Assembly: GCA_022825595.1 (NCBI GenBank)
Contig: JAJDWM010000338.1
Location: forward strand, 1 to 56,157
Source: Bryobacterales bacterium
GTDB taxonomy: Bacteria; Acidobacteriota; Terriglobia; Bryobacterales; UBA6623
Direction: 5' to 3'
DNA length: 56,157 bases
Shown: piece after piece, positions 37,318 through 46,401 of the stretch
Layout: every line of letters begins with the position of its first letter
How positions within the stretch are numbered: position 1 is the stretch's first letter
Program-made: the position numbers and the translations under genes
Notes under the pieces: model-generated
Database searches by the model: none
Told to the model about the DNA's origin: nothing
What the model saw: only the letters and a program-made list of their open reading frames with translations

Positions 37318-39327
37318 CTATCGCAGCGCCTCGACCAGTTCGGCTGCCTCGACGGACTCCGGGAACCTTCGCAGCGCCTCGCCGGCTGCCTCTAGGGCTT
37401 CCTCACGACGCCCAGAGAGCGCGTGGGCGCGCGCCCTGAGCAGCAGGGGCACGGGACTCCCCGGGTCGAGCCGCTCGGCCTGCTCGATCGCTGCCAAGGC
37501 CCGCCCGATGTCGCCGGCCTGCAGCCAGTACTGGGCAAGGTTCAGACGTGCGCCGGGATCCTCGGGGCCGGCCTGCACGGCCCTGCTGAAGGACTCTAGG
37601 GCCTCCGTGACACGGCCTGTCCGCATCAGCAGCACGCCAAGGTTCGAGTGCAGCGAGACGCCCTGCGCGCCGAGCGAAGCGGCCGAGCGGTATTCCTGCA
37701 GCGCATCCTCGAGCCGCCCTTGCGAGGCCAAGGCTGCCCCAAGGTTCTCGCGCATCCTCGGGTCATCCGGAGCGGACTCGACCGCTCGCCGAAAGAGGTT
37801 CTCGGCATCCGCCAGCCGCCCGGCCAAGAAGCGCACATTCCCCAATGCCGACAGCGCTTGTGCATCCCCCGGCTGGGCGGCCACTGCCCGCTCAAGGAGG
37901 TTGGAAGCCTCAGCCGTCTCGCCTCGCTGCACCAGGAGGCCGGCCAAGTTAACCATCGCGTCGGCCTGTCTTGGGTCGGCCTCGAGGGCTTCCCGTAGCA
38001 GCCGCTCCGCGCGTGCGGCGTCCCCCTCGGCAATCATGGTGCCCGCGAGATTGTTCAGCAGTTGCGGGCTGCGGTCGCCGCGCGCCAGCGCCTCGTCGAA
38101 CACCGCCCGGGCGGCGGATGTGAGCCCCCTCTCCGCGAACGCCGAGGCGAGCTCTCTGAGGTCGCGGGCGGGGGCCTGCTCGACCCAGCGCCCAGAGAAG
38201 GGAAGGGCTTGGCCCTGACCGGCGGACAGGTCCCGGAGGAGAGCGTCCGCCTGGACTTCGCCTCGGTAGACCTTCCGGATGCGGCCCGCTGCGTCGATGA
38301 GGAATGTCGTGGGTATGGCCAGAGCCCGGCGACGGTCGAAGAGCCGCTCGTTCAGCACGCTGTAGGCTTCGGCCGTCTGTGGGTCCGCCAGGAGCACCGA
38401 GAACGCTAAGCCCTCCGACTCTGCCAGCTGCCGAACGGCAGGCTCGGTCTCCGGATCATCGACCGACACCGCGAGAACGGTGGCCAGGCGGCTGATCTCC
38501 TCGAGCCGCTGCTGAAACCCGCGCAGCTCTTTCCTGCAAGGAGGGCACCATGTTGCCCAGAAGTTGAGCACAACCGCGCCTCCACGGTGATCCGAGAGCC
38601 GCACCTCAGTCCCGGGCTGTCCCGCCTGCCGGAGGCTGAATTCGGGTGCGGGAAGGGGGTCGGCAAGCCACGTGCCAGGTTCCCGCTGCGGCTCTGGCGG
38701 CGCGGGAGGCTCCTCGGCTGGGCCCCGCTCGACGGATAGCGGCGGCGTTCGGAAGCCCTCCTCGCCCTCCACCAGCACGAGCCCGCCCTCCTGCGGCGGA
38801 GCCTCGACCTCTTGGAGCAGGCCTAGGGGCCAACGCACGCGGACCCGTTCGACCCGCTCGTCGGCCGGCAGTCCGAAGCGCGCCTCGCGAGACCTCTGGG
38901 AGAGGTAGCCGCTGCCGGACACGATTTCCCGCATCAGAGTTCGGCGTGATGTGTCCAGCCACACGCGCGCGCCTACGCCGTCCCGGTTGCTCCTGCGTCC
39001 AGAGAGACGGACGGCCAGGTGCCGCGCTCCGTCTGGAGCGAGGTCGTTTCGGAAAGCCCGGAGCTGGACGCCGTTGCGGTTCTTGACCAAGAGGTCCTGG
39101 TCCCCGTCGGCGTCGAGATCGAGGGTGACGAACGCGCGGCCGTCGGCGTCCAGATCCAGCCCGGTTGTGTAGGAGATGTCTTCGAAGGTTCCGTCGCCCT
39201 GGTTGCGGAAGCACAGGTTGCGCTCTCTCCCGCTCCAGGTCCCGTCCGAGCGGATCAGGATGTTGATCGCCCTCCAGGCGTCCGCGTAGCTCTTCGAGCC
39301 TTCTGCCGCGAGTGGTGACTGCGACAC
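37318..39327 (-). CDS. UnbV/ASPIC-like segment + TlpA-like thioredoxin domain + TPR repeats (downstream part of an interrupted CRTAC1-family frame)
   Basis: The ASPIC-like part is SNRDGVGARVWL..REIVSGSGYLSQRSREARFGL..VRVRWPLG. The thioredoxin fold has NFWATWCPPCRKE. Several TPRs lie at the C-terminus. The same frame continues upstream through 7 sense codons to a TGA at 39349-39351. Confidence 0.7.
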   Translation of the reverse strand: MSQSPLAAEGSKSYADAWRAINILIRSDGTWSGRERNLCFRNQGDGTFEDISYTTGLDLDADGRAFVTLDLDADGDQDLLVKNRNGVQLRAFRNDLAPDGARHLAVRLSGRRSNRDGVGARVWLDTSRRTLMREIVSGSGYLSQRSREARFGLPADERVERVRVRWPLGLLQEVEAPPQEGGLVLVEGEEGFRTPPLSVERGPAEEPPAPPEPQREPGTWLADPLPAPEFSLRQAGQPGTEVRLSDHRGGAVVLNFWATWCPPCRKELRGFQQRLEEISRLATVLAVSVDDPETEPAVRQLAESEGLAFSVLLADPQTAEAYSVLNERLFDRRRALAIPTTFLIDAAGRIRKVYRGEVQADALLRDLSAGQGQALPFSGRWVEQAPARDLRELASAFAERGLTSAARAVFDEALARGDRSPQLLNNLAGTMIAEGDAARAERLLREALEADPRQADAMVNLAGLLVQRGETAEASNLLERAVAAQPGDAQALSALGNVRFLAGRLADAENLFRRAVESAPDDPRMRENLGAALASQGRLEDALQEYRSAASLGAQGVSLHSNLGVLLMRTGRVTEALESFSRAVQAGPEDPGARLNLAQYWLQAGDIGRALAAIEQAERLDPGSPVPLLLRARAHALSGRREEALEAAGEALRRFPESVEAAELVEALR

Positions 39328-39348
39328 GACCTGCCGCCAGAAGAAGCT

Positions 39349-40983
39349 TCATAGGTCGTCCATCCGCTCGCCTGTGATGTATCCGTTCTGCACGAACAGG
39401 TCCAGCCACCCGTCGGAGTCGAAGTCCACGAAGTCCGAAGCCCACGCCCAGCGGCCGGTGCGTACGCCGGCCTCGTCGCTGACGTCCGCGAATCCGGCCG
39501 GGCCGTCGTTCCGGAACAGGGAGTTTCCTTGTGCCTGGCGCCGGAAGCTGCCGCGGACAGCTTCGGATGGGACCGCTTCGCCGAACTGGCCGCTGCCCGT
39601 GATCCGCAGTCCTGCCGACGACCACATGTTGGCCGTGTACAGGTCTAGGTCCCCGTCGTTGTCGTAGTCGCCCCACGCTGCCGACATGCCCGCTCCCAGG
39701 TCCTCCACGCCCAGATCTGCGGCGACGTCGGAGAACGTGCCGTCGCCGTTGTTGCGGTACAGGTTGTTGCGCCCGAAGTCGTTGGCGACGTACAGGTCCG
39801 GATCTCCGTCGTTGTCATAGTCGCCCCACGCCGCCGCGAAGCTGAACCGGTCATTGCCCGGATCGAGCCCCGATTCGGCGGACACCTCTTCGAACACGCC
39901 GCTGCCGTCATTGCGGTAGAGCAGGTTGGCTGGGCCATTCACGGCGTCGTAGTAGGGCGTCGGGGCGTCGTAGTCCGAGCCCGCCTCCCAGAAGTCGTAC
40001 GCGCACACATACAAGTCCAGATCTCCGTCCAGGTCGTAGTCCGCCAGCGCCGCGCCCGTGAGCATGGCGGCGCGCCCCTCGGGCACTTCTAGGCCGGCCC
40101 GCCGGTCGAGTTCGAAGCGCCCTGCCGAATCGTTCCGGAACAGGAGGGGCGCGGCCCCGACCAGCACGAGGTCTTGGTCGCCGTCGTTGTCCAGATCCCC
40201 GAACAGGCTCATGGACGTCTCGTCCAGCACGTCCAGGCCAGCCCGGCGGGAGACGTCGGAGAACGTGCCGTCGCCGTTGTTGCGGAAGAGGCGGTTTGGC
40301 AGGCCGGCCGGCTGGCCGACATAGAGGTCCTCAAGGCCATCGCCGTCGAAGTCCCCCAGCGAGATGCCTTGGTGGCCATACACCGACACCCCCAGCGCGG
40401 CGTCCAGCGAGTCGCGCCAGTGATCCGTTCCGAGGCCCAGTTGCCTGGCATGGGCGTCATCTCTCCCGAAGGCACGCTCGGTGACCTCCGCGAATCCCCG
40501 CCGGTCGGCACTCAGCGACCGGACTTTGCCGCGCTCGGTCCCTCGGAGCGTCCAGCCGCTCCCCTCCTTGGTCCACAGCGTGGCCATGTTCCCGAGCACC
40601 GATCGGAGGTTGCCTTCGCTGTCAGTCCCGCCGACCTCTGCCCGAAGTTGGGCGCGCACCAGGTCCTGGCCGTCTCCGGCGCGCCCGATCTCTGTGATCT
40701 TGAACTCCGCCAGCGCGACCTCGGCCAGCCCCGCCGTCCAGCCCGAGAGCGCCTCGAGCGAGCGCGGGTCGGCGGCGAGGGCCTTGCCCCACTGCTTCAG
40801 CTCCCTGTCGATCTCTTGGTAGTCTCTCTCGGAGATCCAGCTGTCGCGGTTCGCGTCAACCTTGGCCAGCACCCGGTCTACCGGCCGCTGCTTCGCATAG
40901 TTCAGGTCGAGCCGGAGCGAGGAATCCTGGGCTGGAGCAAGTGTGGGCAAGGCCGCCCACAGGACTGCGACCGCCAACCTCAC
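39349..40983 (-). CDS. FG-GAP/VCBS-repeat protein (upstream part of the interrupted CRTAC1-family frame)
   Basis: The likely start is GTG 40983 (MRLAVAVLWAALPTLAPAQD signal); the track start is 41007. There are six FG-GAP calcium-loop motifs (GDFDGDGLEDLYV, GDLDNDGDQDLVL, ADYDLDGDLDLYV, GDYDNDGDPDLYV, GDYDNDGDLDLYT, VDFDSDGWLDLFV). Confidence 0.75.
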   Translation of the reverse strand: MRLAVAVLWAALPTLAPAQDSSLRLDLNYAKQRPVDRVLAKVDANRDSWISERDYQEIDRELKQWGKALAADPRSLEALSGWTAGLAEVALAEFKITEIGRAGDGQDLVRAQLRAEVGGTDSEGNLRSVLGNMATLWTKEGSGWTLRGTERGKVRSLSADRRGFAEVTERAFGRDDAHARQLGLGTDHWRDSLDAALGVSVYGHQGISLGDFDGDGLEDLYVGQPAGLPNRLFRNNGDGTFSDVSRRAGLDVLDETSMSLFGDLDNDGDQDLVLVGAAPLLFRNDSAGRFELDRRAGLEVPEGRAAMLTGAALADYDLDGDLDLYVCAYDFWEAGSDYDAPTPYYDAVNGPANLLYRNDGSGVFEEVSAESGLDPGNDRFSFAAAWGDYDNDGDPDLYVANDFGRNNLYRNNGDGTFSDVAADLGVEDLGAGMSAAWGDYDNDGDLDLYTANMWSSAGLRITGSGQFGEAVPSEAVRGSFRRQAQGNSLFRNDGPAGFADVSDEAGVRTGRWAWASDFVDFDSDGWLDLFVQNGYITGERMDDL

Positions 40984-41014
40984 CCCGCGTGCATTGTACT
41001 GGCGCACCTAGGGG

Positions 41015-41090
41015 TGGTGGGCCCTGCAGGACTCGAACCTGCAACCGACGGATTATGAGTCCGCTGCTCTAACCATTGAGCTAAGGGCCC
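41015..41090 (-). tRNA. tRNA with anticodon CAT (elongator Met or lysidine-modified Ile2)
   Basis: The 76-nt minus-strand sequence is GGGCCCTTAGCTCAATGGTTAGAGCAGCGGACTCATAATCCGTCGGTTGCAGGTTCGAGTCCTGCAGGGCCCACCA. It folds by hand into a full cloverleaf (7/4/5/5-bp stems, TTCGAGT T-loop, encoded CCA). It is not initiator-like: there is no 1:72 mismatch and no GGG/CCC anticodon stem. Confidence 0.9.
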
Positions 41091-41833
41091 GTGCCAGTAC
41101 TATCTCAGGGTACGCCCACCGCTGGCAGTGGTCCCGGCCCCGCCCTCGCCGAGGCGACCTCCGTCGAAGACCGCTCCCGGGAAGCCCTACGCTCAATCCA
41201 CCCGAAGCCTATCCTCACAATCTGGTCTTCGCCATCGGTGCTGCCCGGGCTGTAGGCAGCCACCACTTGGCAGTCTGAGAACGCTTCCGGCGTGGGCGTC
41301 GGCCAGATCGTGGTACAGCGTGTCGATGTCCTCGGTGCAGGCGAGGTGACGCCGAAGGATGGGAATCGGCCTTCCCCAGCGTTTCTCGGGGAGATTGTTG
41401 TCGGCACCGAGCTCTAGCAGGGCTCTCTGGGGGACCGGAGAGACGAGGCGTTGCGACCGGACCGGGCGGCCGCTGTAGGCGCGTTGGCTGGCCTTGGGAT
41501 GGGGCTTGGTGGCGCGCAGGAAACACGACACCGACGAAGTCGGTACAGGGACTGTGGGACCGTTCGTGGCGTGGCCCATTCGGCGCACTCGTCGGTCCTA
41601 TCGTGGCAGGAAAACAGGTCTGGTTAGGTTTGATTGGGGACCCGTAGTCACCATTGCTGCCTTCTCAGGTCTTCCAGACTGAGGCAGGATAAGCGCGATC
41701 CGCCCAGAACTGACGAGCTTGGGACATAACGTTGAAACCGCAACCGTGCACGCATCGTCGAACCTGTTGTTACATTGGTCAAGCGCTCGTCTTGGCCACT
41801 GAGACGAACCCGCCTAGGCCGGGCGTACCACTT

Positions 41834-44800
41834 ATGCGAATCCTCCTTGGTCAGTTGGCTGCCGTGCTCGTCGTCACTGTCTGTCAGGCGGAAGTCCCCG
41901 TCGGGGACCTTGAGCGCGAGCAGGCCGAAGAGGAGCGCCAGTGGGCCGAATTCGAGCACGCCCGGATGCTGGAGAGCATGCTGGCGGACAGGCGCGCATT
42001 AGCCCACTCCCGCCAAGAGAGTGCCGCGAGTTCGGTTCAGGCACAGGCGCTTTGCCCGATGGTTCGGAGCTCGGATCCTGAGCTGCGTTCGTCCGGCAAG
42101 CGAATCGCAGGGCCGCTAATTGCGAGATTTGCCGCGCCCCCGGATCGGCTCCCTTGGCGAGGCGTAGCGGTAGACGGGCAATCTGCGAGCGGTATCTTCA
42201 GTGACTTCATTTCGGGCCAAATCGTGCAATCGAAGTGCATATACTGCCATGTGGAAGGTGGGGCCTCCGGGCACACGCGGCTAGTCCTGACACCTGCTGA
42301 CGTTGACGGCCACCAAGCAACAAACCTTGCCGCGTTCCAGAATTTCCTAGACACCGTGGAGGGTGCTGCCGACCTGATCCTCAACAAGGTCCAAGGTGCC
42401 GAAGGCCACGGTGGGGGCGTCCAGTTGGTGTCCGGTTCAACAGATTTCGCCAATATGGAACGGTTTCTGCGCGCCCTAGGAGGCGATGTATCGGGGGGAC
42501 TTTCCCCGCAAACACTGTTCGAAGGGGTGACGATGGCAGCGCCCCAGAGGACGCTGCGGCGGGCAGCACTGCTGTTCGCCGGCAGACTCCCGACCTCGAA
42601 TGAGCTAAGTACCGTCCGCCATGGCAGTGAAGCTACCCTGCGTCGAGCGATCAGGGCATTGATGACAGGGCCGGGGTTCCACGAGTTCCTGATTCGATCC
42701 GCGAATGACCGCTTGCTTACAGACCGGGAACGGCCCAGTGTGATCGGTAATGCGGAAGTGCGATTCGTGGACTTGACCAACAGGCGGTGGGAGTTGGCAC
42801 AGGAAGGCTTGGCGAACGGGTACGCCAGCAACCCGCGCCGATATCCGCCTTATCGTCTTCATGAAAGGGCCGTGCAATACGGCTTTGCTCGTGCCCCACT
42901 CGAACTCATTGCCTACGTGGTCGAGAACGATCTCCCGTATACGGACATCCTCACGGCCGACTACGTCATGGCCAATCCAGCCGCCGCAAAGGCATACGGG
43001 TCAACTACGGAGTTTGATGATCCAGAGGATGTGACGGAGTTCAAGCCATCGGAAATCGTCAGCTACTACAGGCGTGACAGGTCAATGATCGTGGAGCAGG
43101 ATCCGCCCAACGTCTGGAGGGTAATAGATCCGGGTAATTTGTCCACGGAATATCCCCACGCCGGAGTGCTCAACACTACGGCTTTTCTGCTTCGCTACCC
43201 GACCACGGCGACCAATCGCAATCGAGCTAGGTCCCGTTGGACGTACTATCATTTCTTGGGCTTCGATATCGAGAAGTCAGCGGCACGGACACAGGATCCA
43301 GAAGCGCTGGCGGACACGAATAATCCCACGATGTATAACCCGGCATGCACCGTCTGCCATATCCCGATGGACCCCGTCGCCGGCGCATACCAGAATTACG
43401 GCGATCGGGGGCTCTTCAGGGACAAGAACGCTGGGCGGGACGCTCTGCCGAATCTCTACAGGTCTCCGAAGGACGGAACGGTGTCGCCCTACCAGCGAGG
43501 CGATACATGGTTCCGTGACATGCGCGTGCCGGGGTTTGACGGGCAGGTGGCCCCTAGCGCGGACAACAGCCTGCAGTGGCTGGCGGAGCGGATGGTTGCG
43601 GACGAACGCTTCGCCAAGGCTGCGGTTCGGTTCTGGTGGCCGGCCATCACGGGCCTGAACCTTGTAGAGCCACCGAGCGACAGCAGCGATGCCGACTTCG
43701 ATGCGCGACTCGTGGCATCAGCAGCGCAGGCGTTGGAGGTCGATGAGCTTGCCCGGTCGTTCCGCGAGGGATTCTTCGGAGGAGAGCCCTTCAACGCAAG
43801 GGACCTCCTCACCGAGATTGCGCTGTCCCCGTGGTTCAGGGCTGAGTCGGTGACTGGGGACGACGACACTCGCTCGGCTGCGCTGCGCGACGCGGGCGTG
43901 GCACGCTTGCTGACGCCGGAGGAGCTCGCCAAGAAGACAGACGCCATCGCCGGGTATGTCTGGGGCAGGCGCTTCACCCGCCCGTTCGAATTGGGAGAGC
44001 CCCGCAGCAAGCTTCATGACCCGCAAGCGTTCAGCGGCTACCAGCTGCTGTACGGAGGCATCGACTCCGACGGGATCATCGAGCGCACCGGTGAAATAAC
44101 TCCCTTGATGGCGTCGGTCGCCCAGAGCCACGCTGCTGAAGTGAGTTGCCCGATTGTGCGTCGCGAGTTCTACTACTGGCCTGACCAGAGCCGCATGCTG
44201 TTCGACGGGATCACACTCTTCGACACGCCTCAATCCGAGGCGAGCGGGCAATTCGACATCACTTCGGAATCGTGGGAGGCGCGCCAGACGGTCACGTTGC
44301 CGGTGACGCTTGCTCCAGGCTCCAAGACTGTCCGGCTGTCGTTCACGAACAACCTTCGCAGCCAACAGGTAGACAGCGAGGGCAATCGCCCCGACCGAAA
44401 CCTGAGCCTGGATCGCGTGGTGGTCAGCATCGGCGGCTGGACCGTAGCGGAGGTCGAGCTCGAAACTCTAGACAGGACGGGCTGTGGCCGCCCCAGAGGA
44501 GACTACTACTGGATGTCGGGGAACTGCACGCTGGAGGTCCCGGTCACGATTTTCGCCCCGGGGGGCTACAACGTAGACGTTGTAGCGCATCAGGATCGGG
44601 CTGGCGATGAAGCGGCCCGACTCGCCATCGAAGTGGTATCCCCGGACGGCAGTTCCCAAGGTGAGATGGCAATTCGCCGGAAGCTCGCCGACCTCCACCA
44701 AAAGCTCTTCGGCATAGCGGTGTCCGTAGATTCGCCGGATGTCAACGAGGCCTTCGAACTCTTCGTTGAGGTGTGGGATCGCAAGCGGAATTCCGAAGGG

Positions 44801-45034
44801 CGGAATTTCTCCAACTCAAACTTCCAATGCACGGAATCTGGCGATCATCTCTACTTTGAAGGCCTTGTGCCCGATGCCCGCCGGTTTAACGAGTACGGCG
44901 GCAGCCAGTTGGACTTCGCTCGCATCCGCGAGTTCACTCGCGGCATCGACATGACCGACCCGCACCACGTGGCTAGGACGTGGGTGGTCACGCTAGCATA
45001 CTTGCTGACCGACTACCGGTACCTGTACTTCTAG
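41834..45034 (+). CDS. large secreted CxxCH (cytochrome-c-motif) protein of the Planctomycete-type DUF1585-1595 / PSCyt-like group
   Basis: The likely start is ATG 41834 (MRILLGQLAAVLVVTVCQAEV). The haem motifs are CIYCH and CTVCHIPMDPVAGAYQNYG. LTADYVMANPAAAKAYG and TATNRNRARSRWTYYHFLG resemble DUF1588/DUF1585-type segments, from memory. Confidence 0.65.
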   Translation: MRILLGQLAAVLVVTVCQAEVPVGDLEREQAEEERQWAEFEHARMLESMLADRRALAHSRQESAASSVQAQALCPMVRSSDPELRSSGKRIAGPLIARFAAPPDRLPWRGVAVDGQSASGIFSDFISGQIVQSKCIYCHVEGGASGHTRLVLTPADVDGHQATNLAAFQNFLDTVEGAADLILNKVQGAEGHGGGVQLVSGSTDFANMERFLRALGGDVSGGLSPQTLFEGVTMAAPQRTLRRAALLFAGRLPTSNELSTVRHGSEATLRRAIRALMTGPGFHEFLIRSANDRLLTDRERPSVIGNAEVRFVDLTNRRWELAQEGLANGYASNPRRYPPYRLHERAVQYGFARAPLELIAYVVENDLPYTDILTADYVMANPAAAKAYGSTTEFDDPEDVTEFKPSEIVSYYRRDRSMIVEQDPPNVWRVIDPGNLSTEYPHAGVLNTTAFLLRYPTTATNRNRARSRWTYYHFLGFDIEKSAARTQDPEALADTNNPTMYNPACTVCHIPMDPVAGAYQNYGDRGLFRDKNAGRDALPNLYRSPKDGTVSPYQRGDTWFRDMRVPGFDGQVAPSADNSLQWLAERMVADERFAKAAVRFWWPAITGLNLVEPPSDSSDADFDARLVASAAQALEVDELARSFREGFFGGEPFNARDLLTEIALSPWFRAESVTGDDDTRSAALRDAGVARLLTPEELAKKTDAIAGYVWGRRFTRPFELGEPRSKLHDPQAFSGYQLLYGGIDSDGIIERTGEITPLMASVAQSHAAEVSCPIVRREFYYWPDQSRMLFDGITLFDTPQSEASGQFDITSESWEARQTVTLPVTLAPGSKTVRLSFTNNLRSQQVDSEGNRPDRNLSLDRVVVSIGGWTVAEVELETLDRTGCGRPRGDYYWMSGNCTLEVPVTIFAPGGYNVDVVAHQDRAGDEAARLAIEVVSPDGSSQGEMAIRRKLADLHQKLFGIAVSVDSPDVNEAFELFVEVWDRKRNSEGRNFSNSNFQCTESGDHLYFEGLVPDARRFNEYGGSQLDFARIREFTRGIDMTDPHHVARTWVVTLAYLLTDYRYLYF

Positions 45035-45041
45035 GAGGCAC

Positions 45042-46331
45042 GTGATGAATCGCCGGGATTTCATGAAGGTCATGACGGGCGTGGGTGTCGCATCCGGCTT
45101 CCGTGTGCCCCTAGCTCGTGGCGCCAGCTACAACGGCAAGCTGTTCGTGTTCGTTCAGGCCGACGGCGGCTGGGATCCCACGAGCTTCTGCGACCCCAAG
45201 ACGAACGTCGGCGGCGAACCGACCATCAACAATTGGGCGCTGAACGGCGAGGTCCGGCAGGCTGGCAACATCCGCTATGCGCCGTTCGCCGGAAACCAGG
45301 CTTTCTTCGAGAAGTACTACCGGCGCATTCTGGTGGTGAACGGCGTCGACGCCCAGACGAACTCCCACACCGCCGGCGTAGTCCATAACTGGAGCGGGCG
45401 GATCTCGGAAGGCTACCCGACGACCACAGCACTGCTGGCCGCCCACAATGGCGCCGGCCTCTCGATGCCGTACCTGAGCTTCGGCGGGTTCTCGCAGACT
45501 GCCGGTGTAGCCGTGTTCACGCGCCTGAACAACCCAGCCGAGATCCGGAACATCGCCAAGCCCGAACTCAACAGCGGGCTTGCGGATCGGCGGCCGTTCT
45601 TCGCGCCGGAGGACTGGGAATCGATCACGACCCACCGCGACAAGCGCATCGCGCGGCTGGCGGCGGCCCCAAACATCCTGCCGCGGGATGCACGGAACCG
45701 GGAACTCTACGCCGGGGCCTTGGGCGAGGACGCGGCAGAGGGGCTGCGCTCGTACGCCGACATGATTCCCGACCCGGATGAATTGCAGCCGGTCGAGGAG
45801 TACGATCTGCTCCGCAGCAGGCTCAAGAGGCAAGCGCAGCTGACCGTATTGGCGTTCAGGGCGGGGGTCGCGGTCAGCGCGGACCTCCGTCTGGGCGGCT
45901 TCGACACGCACGACAATCACGACCCGGAGCAGGGCTGGCTGCTGGGGAACCTGACGAGTGCAATCGACTACCTGTGGGACTACGCCGAACTTCACGGGGT
46001 TGCGGATCGCATGGTGGTCGTAGTGGGTTCGGACTTCGGGCGGACGAACAAGTACAACGCGGAGTTGGGCAAGGACCACTGGCCGATCGGCAGCTTTCTG
46101 GTCATGGAGAAGAACCAGCCGTGGACAAACCGTGTGGTTGGGGAGACGGACGAGCTGCACTTCGCGCGCCGGGTCAATCCTTCGACGCTGCAACGGGACG
46201 ACGCGGCCGGGACCCTGATTCACCCCAAGCACATCCACAAGGCGCTACGGAAGTACCTCGGCGTCGCCGACACTGCCGAAAGCCAGCGATTCCCGTTCCA
46301 CAACACGGAAGAACTGCCGCTGTTCAGTTAG
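45042..46331 (+). CDS. DUF1501 (sulfatase-fold) protein with Tat signal
   Basis: The Tat leader is MMNRRDFMKVMTGVGVASG. DUF1501-like blocks are FVQADGGWDPTSFCDPK, GGFDTHDNH and VVVGSDFGRT. It starts 8 nt after the upstream CxxCH gene. Confidence 0.75.
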   Translation: MMNRRDFMKVMTGVGVASGFRVPLARGASYNGKLFVFVQADGGWDPTSFCDPKTNVGGEPTINNWALNGEVRQAGNIRYAPFAGNQAFFEKYYRRILVVNGVDAQTNSHTAGVVHNWSGRISEGYPTTTALLAAHNGAGLSMPYLSFGGFSQTAGVAVFTRLNNPAEIRNIAKPELNSGLADRRPFFAPEDWESITTHRDKRIARLAAAPNILPRDARNRELYAGALGEDAAEGLRSYADMIPDPDELQPVEEYDLLRSRLKRQAQLTVLAFRAGVAVSADLRLGGFDTHDNHDPEQGWLLGNLTSAIDYLWDYAELHGVADRMVVVVGSDFGRTNKYNAELGKDHWPIGSFLVMEKNQPWTNRVVGETDELHFARRVNPSTLQRDDAAGTLIHPKHIHKALRKYLGVADTAESQRFPFHNTEELPLFS

Positions 46332-46401
46332 ACGCACGCTCCACCACTGTGATGAAGCCCGCCCGCGCTTGGGTCCTTTGTGTGCATCGGTTGAAGGCGG
46401 C

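Noticed and set aside
41015-41090. tRNA as the attachment site of an intact genomic island
   Set aside because: No tyrosine integrase is adjacent. The 3' side runs directly into a high-GC core-like gene. I saw no second copy of the tRNA 3' end in the window. Only an eroded fragment lies on the 5' side.
45111-46238. 375-aa minus-strand ORF
   Set aside because: It is antisense to the DUF1501 gene, which has clear family motifs and a Tat signal.
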